Assembly (NCBI GenBank): GCA_046485285.1
Contig: JAWOHE010000014.1
Span: forward strand, 1-26,529
From: a bacterium
Lineage (GTDB): Bacteria; Hydrothermota; Tepidihabitantia; Tepidihabitantales; Tepidihabitantaceae
Reading direction: 5' to 3'
Length of the DNA: 26,529 nucleotides
Shown here in pieces: positions 19,003 through 26,331 of this stretch. The position numbers were made by a program, and so were the translations under genes. The notes beneath the pieces were generated by a model, which saw nothing but the letters and a program-made list of their open reading frames with translations, did not search any database and was not told the DNA's origin. Numbering within the stretch: the first letter of the stretch is position 1; every line of letters begins with the position of its first letter.

Positions 19003-19776
19003 TCACCTCGGCGTCGTGTCGGGGAGAATCGGGGCGGCGACAATCAGCGCAACCGTGTCGCCTTCCATCACCGGGCTGCCCTCCTCGGGGTACTGAAAGA
19101 GCACCAGCCCGACCGGCTCATCGGAGGGCGCGTCGCGGACCGGGGCGAGGACAAGGCCTTGGCTCGCGATGATGCCGGAGGCGGTCTCGACGTTGGTGCC
19201 GGTGAGGTTGGGCATCGGGAAGTGGCCGGCCGGGGCAGAGACCGCGAGAATCACCGTCGCGTTGCGGTCAAGCTCGGTGCCGGCCGGCGGGCGGACTGCG
19301 ATGACGAGTCCGGCCGCGACGTTCGGGGTCCGGAGCGACTCGATCTCGGCGACCCTCAGGCCGGCCGCCTCGATGTCGGCCAGCGCGACATCGAGCCGCG
19401 TACCGGACAGCTCGGGCACAAGGACGCGGTCCGAGCCGCGGCTGACGTCGAGCGTCACGACCCGGCCGGCCTTCACCCGGCGCCCGGCGGGAGGGGACTG
19501 GACGACGACGTGGCCGGGCGGCTGGATGGTGTCGCCGACGATGCGGACCTCGCCGAGGCGAAGGCCGGCCGCCTCAAGCACTTTCTCGGCCTCTTCGCGG
19601 ACGAGGCCGGTGACGTCGGGGATCGGCAGCTCCCTTCCCATCCGGGTGAGCAGCGGCATCAGGCCCCAGTTGAAGAGGGCGAGGAGCAGCAGGATCGCGG
19701 CCGGCACGACAATGAGGAGCCAGAAGGCAACCCTGCCCCCGCGCTTGCGGCTCCTGGGTTTGTGTTCCCTGGGCAT
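19003..19776 (-). CDS. Membrane-anchored PASTA-domain protein (3 repeats, no kinase or PBP domain)
   Basis: One TM helix, then IPDVTG..QSPPAG, VPELSG..PPAG, MPNLTG..QYPEEG repeats. Confidence 0.88.
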   Translation of the reverse strand: MPREHKPRSRKRGGRVAFWLLIVVPAAILLLLALFNWGLMPLLTRMGRELPIPDVTGLVREEAEKVLEAAGLRLGEVRIVGDTIQPPGHVVVQSPPAGRRVKAGRVVTLDVSRGSDRVLVPELSGTRLDVALADIEAAGLRVAEIESLRTPNVAAGLVIAVRPPAGTELDRNATVILAVSAPAGHFPMPNLTGTNVETASGIIASQGLVLAPVRDAPSDEPVGLVLFQYPEEGSPVMEGDTVALIVAAPILPDTTPR

Positions 19777-19777
19777 A

Positions 19778-20704
19778 TCAGGTCAGCCTTTCTCCCGGGC
19801 TGAGCCGGGCGCCATTGCGGAAGTCCAGGCCCGGTTGGCGCCGACCGCCTTCGGGCTGGACCTCGAGCAGTTCGAGCGCGCCCGCGCCGGTCTGTGCAAC
19901 CAGCCCGGGCCGCGCGAGCAGGATCTCGCCCGGCTGTGCGGTCGGCTGCGGTCCAGCCGGGCAGGAACGGAAGACGAGCAGGCGACGGTCGCGGAACCCG
20001 GCGGTCGCGCCCGGCTCGGGCGACAGGGCCCGGACCCGGTCGTGGAGCTCGCACGCCGGCCGGCACCAGTCGAGCGCGCGGTCGGCGGGCCCGACCTTCG
20101 GCGCGGGCGTGGCGAGTGCAGAGTCCTGCGGCAGTCCGGGTACATCGCCGGTCGCGAGCCGGTCGACGGTCGCGAGCAGGAGCGCGGCGCCGGCCGCGGC
20201 GAGCCGGTCGGAAAGCTCACCCGCGGTTTCGTCCGGGCCGACCGGTTCCTCGGCAATCGCGAGGACGTCGCCGGCGTCAACCCGCTCGTTCATCCGGATG
20301 ACCGAAAGCCCGGTGATCGTGTCGCCGGCCATCAGGGCGCGCTGGATTGGCGCGGCGCCGCGCCAGCGCGGAAGCAGGGAAGGGTGGAGATTGACGAAGC
20401 CGCGCGCCGGGACGGCGAGCAGCGACGGCCGGAGAACCCGGCCAAAGGCGACCAGCGCCCCGAGCTCCGGGCCGAGCCCGGCGAGCCGGGCGACGAAGCC
20501 GGGGTCGTTCGGGTCGGCAGGGGAGAGGACCGGTAGTCCCCGCTCCCGGGCTGCCGCCTCGACCGGCGTCGGCGCCAGCCGGCGGCCGCGGCCGGACGGG
20601 GCCGGTGGCGGCACAACCACTGCCGCGACCTCGTGCGCGGAGCGGGCGAGCGCCTCGAGCGACGGCACCGCGAAGCCCGCCGCGCCGAGGAAAACCAGTC
20701 TCAC
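19778..20704 (-). CDS. fmt: Methionyl-tRNA formyltransferase
   Basis: NLHPSLLPRWRGAAPIQRA, DAGD, APK, RALSPEPGA. Confidence 0.95.
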   Translation of the reverse strand: MRLVFLGAAGFAVPSLEALARSAHEVAAVVVPPPAPSGRGRRLAPTPVEAAARERGLPVLSPADPNDPGFVARLAGLGPELGALVAFGRVLRPSLLAVPARGFVNLHPSLLPRWRGAAPIQRALMAGDTITGLSVIRMNERVDAGDVLAIAEEPVGPDETAGELSDRLAAAGAALLLATVDRLATGDVPGLPQDSALATPAPKVGPADRALDWCRPACELHDRVRALSPEPGATAGFRDRRLLVFRSCPAGPQPTAQPGEILLARPGLVAQTGAGALELLEVQPEGGRRQPGLDFRNGARLSPGERLT

Positions 20705-21243
20705 GCCTGACCCTCCTCGCGCTCGCGCGCCTCGAACTCGGCCAGCTTCGCGGCGAACATCCCTCGACGCAGTTCGCTCAGGTGGTCGATGAAAAGCGTG
20801 CCGTTCAGGTGGTCGATCTCGTGCAGGTACGCGCGCGCGAGCAGGCCGACTGCTTCGTGTTCGACCGGCCGGCCTTCCTCGTCGAGCCCGGCGACCCGCA
20901 CGAACTCGGGCCGGACCACGACGTCGTAGAGGCCGGGCAGGGACAGGCAGCCTTCCTCGCGCTCGACCGAGCCCTCGACCGTGACGACCCGGGGGTTGAT
21001 GACGCAGCAGGGCTCGCGGTCGGCCCCGGCGCTGCGCGGGTCGATGGCGAAGGCCGAGACTGGCTCGCCGAGCTGGTTGCCGGCAAGGCCGAGCCCGTCC
21101 TGTTCGAGCATCGTCACCTTGAGGTCGGCGAGGAACCGGCGGACCCGGTCGTCGAGCTCGCGCACCGCGACGGCCGGCCGGCGCAGGGCCGGGTGGCCGT
21201 ACAGGACGATGCGGCGGTTGCGGCCGACCGGCGCCTCGGCCAT
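20701..21243 (-). CDS. def: Peptide deformylase
   Basis: GLGLAGNQ, EGCLS, HEIDHLNG; start ATG 21243 (the longer ORF call overlaps yajC). Confidence 0.95.
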   Translation of the reverse strand: MAEAPVGRNRRIVLYGHPALRRPAVAVRELDDRVRRFLADLKVTMLEQDGLGLAGNQLGEPVSAFAIDPRSAGADREPCCVINPRVVTVEGSVEREEGCLSLPGLYDVVVRPEFVRVAGLDEEGRPVEHEAVGLLARAYLHEIDHLNGTLFIDHLSELRRGMFAAKLAEFEAREREEGQA

Positions 21244-21278
21244 CAGGCTCCGGAGTCGCGCGCCAGGCTCATCGACGG

Positions 21279-21599
21279 CTACTGGGCGCCGACCTTGACG
21301 CTGACCGAGGCGCGGTCGACCTCGATCTCGGTGTTGTCGGCGATCTTCACCGAGAAGGTGGCGTCGCGGACGTTGGTGATGATGCCGTGGATGCCGGACG
21401 ACAGCACGACCCGGTCGCCGCGCTTGAGCGCGCTGATCATCTCCTGGTGCTTTTTCTGCCGCCGCTGCTGGGGCAGGATCATCAGGAAGTAGAGCACGAC
21501 GAAGATCAGGATTATCGGCAGGAAGCCGAGAATCGAGTTCATCCCGCCCGGGGCGGGGGTGGCGGGCGCGGCATCCTGCGCGAGGGCGATACCGAACAT
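21279..21599 (-). CDS. yajC: Preprotein translocase subunit YajC
   Basis: YFLMILPQQRRQKKHQEMISALKRGDRVV..GIHG; GGAGG RBS before ATG 21599. Confidence 0.95.
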   Translation of the reverse strand: MFGIALAQDAAPATPAPGGMNSILGFLPIILIFVVLYFLMILPQQRRQKKHQEMISALKRGDRVVLSSGIHGIITNVRDATFSVKIADNTEIEVDRASVSVKVGAQ

Positions 21600-21610
21600 T
21601 GGACCTCCAT

Positions 21611-22207
21611 TCATTGTGCGGCCGTTCGGACATAGAGCCGGTGGCGCCGGACGTAGCGCCAGACCGGCGTCGGTAACATATAACGGACAGATGCGCCCCT
21701 GGCAAGCCGGGCGCGGATGTCCCGGCCGGCGAGGTCGACCTCGATGACCGGCGTGAAGGTGACGCGCCGGGCGGCGTGGCCCGGGAAGCGCCGCGGCCGG
21801 TCGGTGCCCGGGCGTGACATCACGATGACGCGGGCGTGGTCGGTCAGCCGGCCCGGTTCGTGCCAGCCGGGCATCGCGCGGTACTGGTCAGCGCCGAGCA
21901 CGAGGTAGAGCGAGTCTCGCGGCCGGGCGCGGCGCAGGAGCGCGAGCGCCCGGACGGTGTAGCCCGGGCCGGGCAGAAGTTCCTCGACGTCGGACAGCTC
22001 GAATTGCGGCCAACCGGCCAGCCCGAGACTCAGCATTCGTCGGCGGTGCGGCCAGGGCGCGAGGTCGCGTGCCGGTTTGTGGGGCGGGCGCGGGCCGGCG
22101 AGGAACAGGACCCGGTCGAGGCGGAACCGGCGGCGGACGTCGTCGGCGACGAGCAGGTGGCCGAGGTGAAGCGGGTTGAAGCTCCCGCCAAGAACGCCGG
22201 TGCGCAC
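21611..22207 (-). CDS. nadD: Nicotinate-nucleotide adenylyltransferase
   Basis: GGSFNPLHLGH, PPHK, LGAD, WH; C-terminal IR..L...YM.P..V..Y...H.LY. Confidence 0.92.
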   Translation of the reverse strand: MRTGVLGGSFNPLHLGHLLVADDVRRRFRLDRVLFLAGPRPPHKPARDLAPWPHRRRMLSLGLAGWPQFELSDVEELLPGPGYTVRALALLRRARPRDSLYLVLGADQYRAMPGWHEPGRLTDHARVIVMSRPGTDRPRRFPGHAARRVTFTPVIEVDLAGRDIRARLARGASVRYMLPTPVWRYVRRHRLYVRTAAQ

Positions 22208-22212
22208 GGCGG

Positions 22213-22962
22213 CTATTCCAGCCGGCCGAGCAGACTCTGCGCCTGTTCCCGGAGCCGGGCCGGACAGCCGCCGGCAAGCAGGGACTCGAGCAGTGGGCGG
22301 GCTTCGGCCGCGGCACCGTTTTCGGCGAGGCAGGTCGCGTAGCGCAGCCGCTCGACCGGCTCCCAGCGCTCGACCGGGAGCGACCCGGCGATGTACCGGT
22401 AGTAGACGAGCGCCGAGCGGTACTCGCCGGCCCGGAAGTAGAGCCCGGCGACGTCGAAGTCACGGCCGGTCTGGTGGCGCTCGATCTCGGCCAGCGCCTG
22501 CTCGGCCTCGGGCCGGAGCGGCGAGTCGGGGTAGAGCTGGATGAAGTCGGACAGCAGCTCGCGGGCCTTGAGCACCGGCGCCTGGTCGCGGGCGCCGGCC
22601 GGGGCGGAGCGGAGCCAGGACAGGCCCAGCTTGTAGTTGGCATCCTCGGCGTAGCGGCCGTTCGGGAAGCTCTTGATGTAGAACTCGAACTCGGTCTGGG
22701 CCTGGCTGTAGTCGCGCCGGCGGAAGTGGGTCTCGGCCAGCCAGTACTGGGCGTCGGCCGCCTCGCGACTGCCGGGGAAGTTGAAGATGACCCAGGTCAT
22801 TGCTTCCTCGGCGCGGGCGTAGTCGTTCGCCTCGACCCTCGCGAGCGCGGAGTCGAGCGCGGCCCGGGCGGTCGCGGGCGGCTTGACCGCGGCGCGCTTC
22901 GGGCAGCCGGCGAGCAGGGCCACCGCCAGCGCCGCGACCACCAGGCCCGGCAGTCTCGTCAC
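22213..22962 (-). CDS. bamD: Outer membrane protein assembly lipoprotein BamD
   Basis: Lipobox LLAGC; TPR pattern FPGS..A.DAQY, RDQ, YPDS, YFR..EY.SA..YY. Confidence 0.85.
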   Translation of the reverse strand: MTRLPGLVVAALAVALLAGCPKRAAVKPPATARAALDSALARVEANDYARAEEAMTWVIFNFPGSREAADAQYWLAETHFRRRDYSQAQTEFEFYIKSFPNGRYAEDANYKLGLSWLRSAPAGARDQAPVLKARELLSDFIQLYPDSPLRPEAEQALAEIERHQTGRDFDVAGLYFRAGEYRSALVYYRYIAGSLPVERWEPVERLRYATCLAENGAAAEARPLLESLLAGGCPARLREQAQSLLGRLE

Positions 22963-23771
22963 ATCCGCTCCAGCACCCCGACCATCAGCCGGGTCAGCTT
23001 CGGCTCGGCCTCGGCGGCGACGCGGAGGACCTCGGGCAGGTCAACCGGCTTGAGCGCGTCGGGCAGACCCATGTCGGTGACGACCGACAGGCCGAGCACG
23101 CGCAGGCCGGCGTGACGGGCGACGATGACCTCGGGCACGGTCGACATCCCGACCAGGTCCGCGCCGATCGTCCGGACCCAGCGGTACTCGGCCGCGGTCT
23201 CGAGGTTCGGGCCGGTCACCCACGCGTAGACCCCGCGCTGGACCGGCAGGCCGAGTTCGAGCGCGGTCCGGGCCGCGAGCTCAACGAGCGCTGGCGTGTA
23301 GACCGCGTGCATGTCCGGGAAGCGCGGGCCGAGCGAGTCGTCGTTCGGGCCGCGCAGGGGATTGTGGCCGGTCAGGTTGACGTGGTCGGTGATGACGCAG
23401 ATGTCGCCGGTCCGGAACAGCGGGTTGACCCCGCCCGAGGCGTTCGAGACGACCAGCGTCTCGACGCCCAGCTCCTTCATCACCCGGACCGGGTGGGTGA
23501 CCTGGTCGAGGTCGAAGCCCTCGTAGTAGTGGAACCGGCCCTGCATCAGCACGACCGGCCGGCGGCCGATGGTGCCGAGGACGAGCCGGCCCTCGTGGCT
23601 GGCGACGGTCGGCTCCGGGAAGTGCGGGATGTCCGCGTAGCGGACGACGGTCGGGGATGAGACCTCGTCGGCCAGCCGGTTGAGGCCGGTGCCGAGGATG
23701 ATGCCGACCTTCGGGACGAGCGCGGCCCGGGACCGCACCGCCGCGGCGCTTTCGAGGACGCGCGCCTTCAC
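22959..23771 (-). CDS. punA: Purine-nucleoside phosphorylase (trimeric PNP family)
   Basis: GTG start overlapping the divIVA stop; GIILGTGL, GRFHYYEG, GPRFPDM, GPNLETAAE, VGMSTVPE. Confidence 0.93.
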   Translation of the reverse strand: MKARVLESAAAVRSRAALVPKVGIILGTGLNRLADEVSSPTVVRYADIPHFPEPTVASHEGRLVLGTIGRRPVVLMQGRFHYYEGFDLDQVTHPVRVMKELGVETLVVSNASGGVNPLFRTGDICVITDHVNLTGHNPLRGPNDDSLGPRFPDMHAVYTPALVELAARTALELGLPVQRGVYAWVTGPNLETAAEYRWVRTIGADLVGMSTVPEVIVARHAGLRVLGLSVVTDMGLPDALKPVDLPEVLRVAAEAEPKLTRLMVGVLERM

Positions 23772-24268
23772 TGGCGCTCGCCGGCCGCCGGCTTCTCCCA
23801 TCTCTCGACCAGCGCCTGGAACGACGCCGCGATGCCGCGAATCTGGCTCAGGAGCGCGGCGCGCTCGGTCTCGAGACGGGCGATTTCCTCGCGCAGGCGG
23901 GTGGCATCGGCCCTGGCGCTGTCGACGATCTCGCGGGCCGCCTTCTCGGCGTCGGCCCGGGCGGCGCGCGCGTCTTCCTCGCACTTCCGGCGCTCGGCGG
24001 CGCACTGCTCCTCGAACGCCTGCCGGCGCTCCTCGGTCGCCTTCTGGGCGGTGACCAGCGTCACCTTGAGCAGGTCCTCGGTCCGCTGGTACTGCTCGAG
24101 CCGGCCGGTGAGCTCGTCGACCTTCTCGGACAGCTCGCCGCACTCCTTGCGCTGGGCCTCGAGTTCGCTGGCGACGAGTTCGAGGAAGCCCTCGACCTCG
24201 CGGGGCGAAAACCCGCGCAACTGCGTACCGAAGGTCTTCTTCCGGATGTCGATCGGGGTAATGGACAT
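23768..24268 (-). CDS. DivIVA-domain coiled-coil protein
   Basis: ITPIDIRKKTFGTQLRGFSPREVEGFLE signature followed by coiled coil. Confidence 0.9.
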   Translation of the reverse strand: MSITPIDIRKKTFGTQLRGFSPREVEGFLELVASELEAQRKECGELSEKVDELTGRLEQYQRTEDLLKVTLVTAQKATEERRQAFEEQCAAERRKCEEDARAARADAEKAAREIVDSARADATRLREEIARLETERAALLSQIRGIAASFQALVERWEKPAAGERQ

Positions 24269-24274
24269 GACGGG

Positions 24275-24302
24275 ATTCTAAGTCTGCGCCCGGGAGTGTC
24301 AA
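24275..24302 (-). promoter_or_regulatory. sigma70-type promoter of the divIVA...ffh operon (probably leaderless)
   Basis: TTGACA (24302-24297), 16 bp, TAGAAT (24280-24275), 6 nt before ATG 24268. Confidence 0.75.
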
Positions 24303-24490
24303 GGCGCGGTCGGCGCGCGGGTCCGCCGGCGTGCCGCACCGGGCAGTGCACCTGCCGGGTCGGCTCGCCGGTGCCCGGGCCGGCGGTGCGGATGGCATCC
24401 GCGATGGGGCGAGGAGAGGAGCAAACACCAAGACGCGAGGTTGAGTAGGGAGGCACCTCGGCCAGGGTGAGGACGAAGAGGGAGGGACGG

Positions 24491-24525
24491 AGAAGGCGGA
24501 AGGTGGAAGGCGGAAGGTAGAACAA
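24491..24525 (+). repeat. Degenerate heptamer tandem repeat (RGAAGGY)
   Basis: AGAAGGC GGAAGGT GGAAGGC GGAAGGT AGAACAA. Confidence 0.7.
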
Positions 24526-24555
24526 AGGGGACGGAGCCGGGCCGGGAATCCGCTA

Positions 24556-24580
24556 TTGACAAACGGGGGGGGGCTATTAT
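24556..24580 (+). promoter_or_regulatory. Promoter-like element with G9 homopolymer in the spacer
   Basis: TTGACA-AAC-G9-C-TATTAT (13-bp spacer). Confidence 0.45.
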
Positions 24581-24586
24581 GTGCTA

Positions 24587-24853
24587 GCCTGCCGGCCGCG
24601 CCGGCGGGCAGGAAGTAGCGGCGTCCGGGTCTTCGGTTCTTCGCGTGCGGACCCGGTGCAGGGTGAAGCAATCGGCCCTGGCCGTGGCGGGCGGGCGGAC
24701 GGGGTCAGCAGAGACCGTCCGAGAACGGAATCAGCGTATGATGCGTCAGCAGAGACACGACGAGAGGAGCAGACCGTTCATGCCCTCGTGTGCGACCCCA
24801 TCCGCTCATTGACAATTCGGAGAACCCGGCCGGCGGCGGAGAGCCGGGCCGGG
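24587..24853 (+). ncRNA. Candidate structured non-coding RNA, family unknown, strand tentative
   Basis: Several hairpins plus a long-range stem (~24693-24706 with ~24794-24807); no convincing ORF; lies between a promoter-like element and a terminal hairpin. Confidence 0.3.
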
Positions 24854-24858
24854 ATTGG

Positions 24859-26292
24859 CTAGCTGGTGAGCAGCAGCTTGTGGCGGACCGAATGCGGGCC
24901 GGACTCGACCCGCAGGAAGTAGGTTCCGGCCCCGAGGCCCCGGGTGCCGAGGTGCCCGCCCCGGGCCTCGACAGCCCTCACGACCCGGCCCGTTGCGTCG
25001 AGCAGACTCACACCCGCGGTCTCGGGCAACCCGACCAGCCGCACGCTCGTTCCGACCCGCACGACCGATGGTTCGACCGACACTGCGGCCAGTCGCCGCC
25101 GCTCGCGTTCGGCGACGCCTGGCGTTCCATACGCCCAGACCTCGATCCCGTGGTCATACTCGAAGATGAGTTCGTTGCGGCCGTCGGCGTTGATGTCGTG
25201 GATGGTGATGAGGTCGCCCTCCGCTTCGTGCAACCACCAGAGGTAGAACGAGTCGTTGCCGGCGCACTTGAACACCAGCACGTGGCCACCCGAGCTGGCG
25301 ACCAGCTCAGGGACGGAATCGCCGTCGAGGTCGCCGACCGCGAGCCGACCGACGCCCCACATGCCGCCGCCCGGCATCGTCGCCTGCCAGACGCGCTCGA
25401 ACGCGCCGACTCCGGTCGCCTCGTACATCATCAACAACCCCCCGCCCTCCCCGTCCGTTGCGCCGAAGAACACCTCCGGCCGGCCGTCCCGGTCGATGTC
25501 CGGGCCTGCGGCCGCCCCGGTCACCCGGCCGTTCCAGCCCGGGGCAGCCAGTTCCGCGTAGATGCAGGCAAACGAGTCGTCGGCAACCGACTCCCAAATC
25601 GATAGCCAGCCGCTCAGACAGCCGCCGCACAGCTCGGGCCGGCCGTTGCCGTCGAGGTCGCCGGTGATGCAGACCTGTTGAGTGGGCGACACGAACGTGT
25701 CCGGGCCAACCTCGACGACAAGCGTGGCGATGGAATCGTAGCGGTTGCCGCCCCGGTATTCGAAGAGCACTCGAGCGAAGTCCATGTCAGAGACATCCAC
25801 GGTGCCGACCGGCGCCGATACCTCGAACAGCGAGTCACCGTCGAGGTCGTGAATCGCGCAGGCCAGTGAAAGGACCATCCCGGCCAACGTCGAGTCAGCC
25901 CAGAAGAGCGAGTCGGGGAGTCGACCGGCATCTCGCGCCTTGTACAGCGCCGGCCCAACGTAATGGTCCACGGAGAACTGGGTTAGAAGCTCATCCCTGC
26001 CGTCGTTATCCGCGTCGGCGAGGAACCAGGGGAAGAAGAACGCGCCCGGGACGTAGAGCGTATCGAAGCGATTCCCGAAACGATGTTCGAATACCACAAG
26101 GCCGGGCGCGCGCCAGTCGTACGTGTACAGCTCAGGGCGGCCGTTACGGTCTGCGTCTCCCGCTACGAGGGCACCCCACCCGGTAGCGGGCCCGAAGCGG
26201 GCGAAGAGCCGCATCTCGGCGGTGTCGGGCGGGTTGTCCAGGCCGCGTACCGGCGCGGCCGCGAGCACGACGGCGAGCAGCATACCGCACAT
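24859..26292 (-). CDS. Secreted FG-GAP/VCBS-repeat protein with C-terminal T9SS-like sorting domain
   Basis: Repeats DADRNGRPEL, DADNDGRDEL, DLDGNGRPEL, DIDRDGRPEV, DINADGRNEL; signal peptide MLLAVVLAAA; C-terminus GVAE..LDATGRVV..GTYFLRV..KLLL. Start 26292 or 26283; the TTG at 26331 is the -35 box. Confidence 0.82.
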   Translation of the reverse strand: MCGMLLAVVLAAAPVRGLDNPPDTAEMRLFARFGPATGWGALVAGDADRNGRPELYTYDWRAPGLVVFEHRFGNRFDTLYVPGAFFFPWFLADADNDGRDELLTQFSVDHYVGPALYKARDAGRLPDSLFWADSTLAGMVLSLACAIHDLDGDSLFEVSAPVGTVDVSDMDFARVLFEYRGGNRYDSIATLVVEVGPDTFVSPTQQVCITGDLDGNGRPELCGGCLSGWLSIWESVADDSFACIYAELAAPGWNGRVTGAAAGPDIDRDGRPEVFFGATDGEGGGLLMMYEATGVGAFERVWQATMPGGGMWGVGRLAVGDLDGDSVPELVASSGGHVLVFKCAGNDSFYLWWLHEAEGDLITIHDINADGRNELIFEYDHGIEVWAYGTPGVAERERRRLAAVSVEPSVVRVGTSVRLVGLPETAGVSLLDATGRVVRAVEARGGHLGTRGLGAGTYFLRVESGPHSVRHKLLLTS

Positions 26293-26303
26293 AGCGTCTT
26301 GAC

Positions 26304-26331
26304 AGAATAGCCCGCGACAGGCCCGGGTCAA
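26304..26331 (-). promoter_or_regulatory. sigma70-type promoter for the FG-GAP gene
   Basis: TTGACC (26331-26326), 16 bp, TATTCT (26309-26304). Confidence 0.6.

Noticed and set aside
23772..24671. 300-aa N-terminal extension of the PNP ORF
   Set aside because: Overlaps divIVA in another frame and its promoter; low-complexity Arg/Pro/Gly sequence
24704..24756. Mini CRISPR array
   Set aside because: Only two 12-bp repeats; no cas genes
24738..24812. 24-aa ORF MMRQQRHDERSRPFMPSCATPSAH
   Set aside because: No SD at the first ATG, no recognisable features; cannot be supported without conservation data
24704..24830. GCAGAGAC and AATTCGGAGAACCC resembling group I intron R and P elements
   Set aside because: Wrong order, no S element, no interrupted host gene
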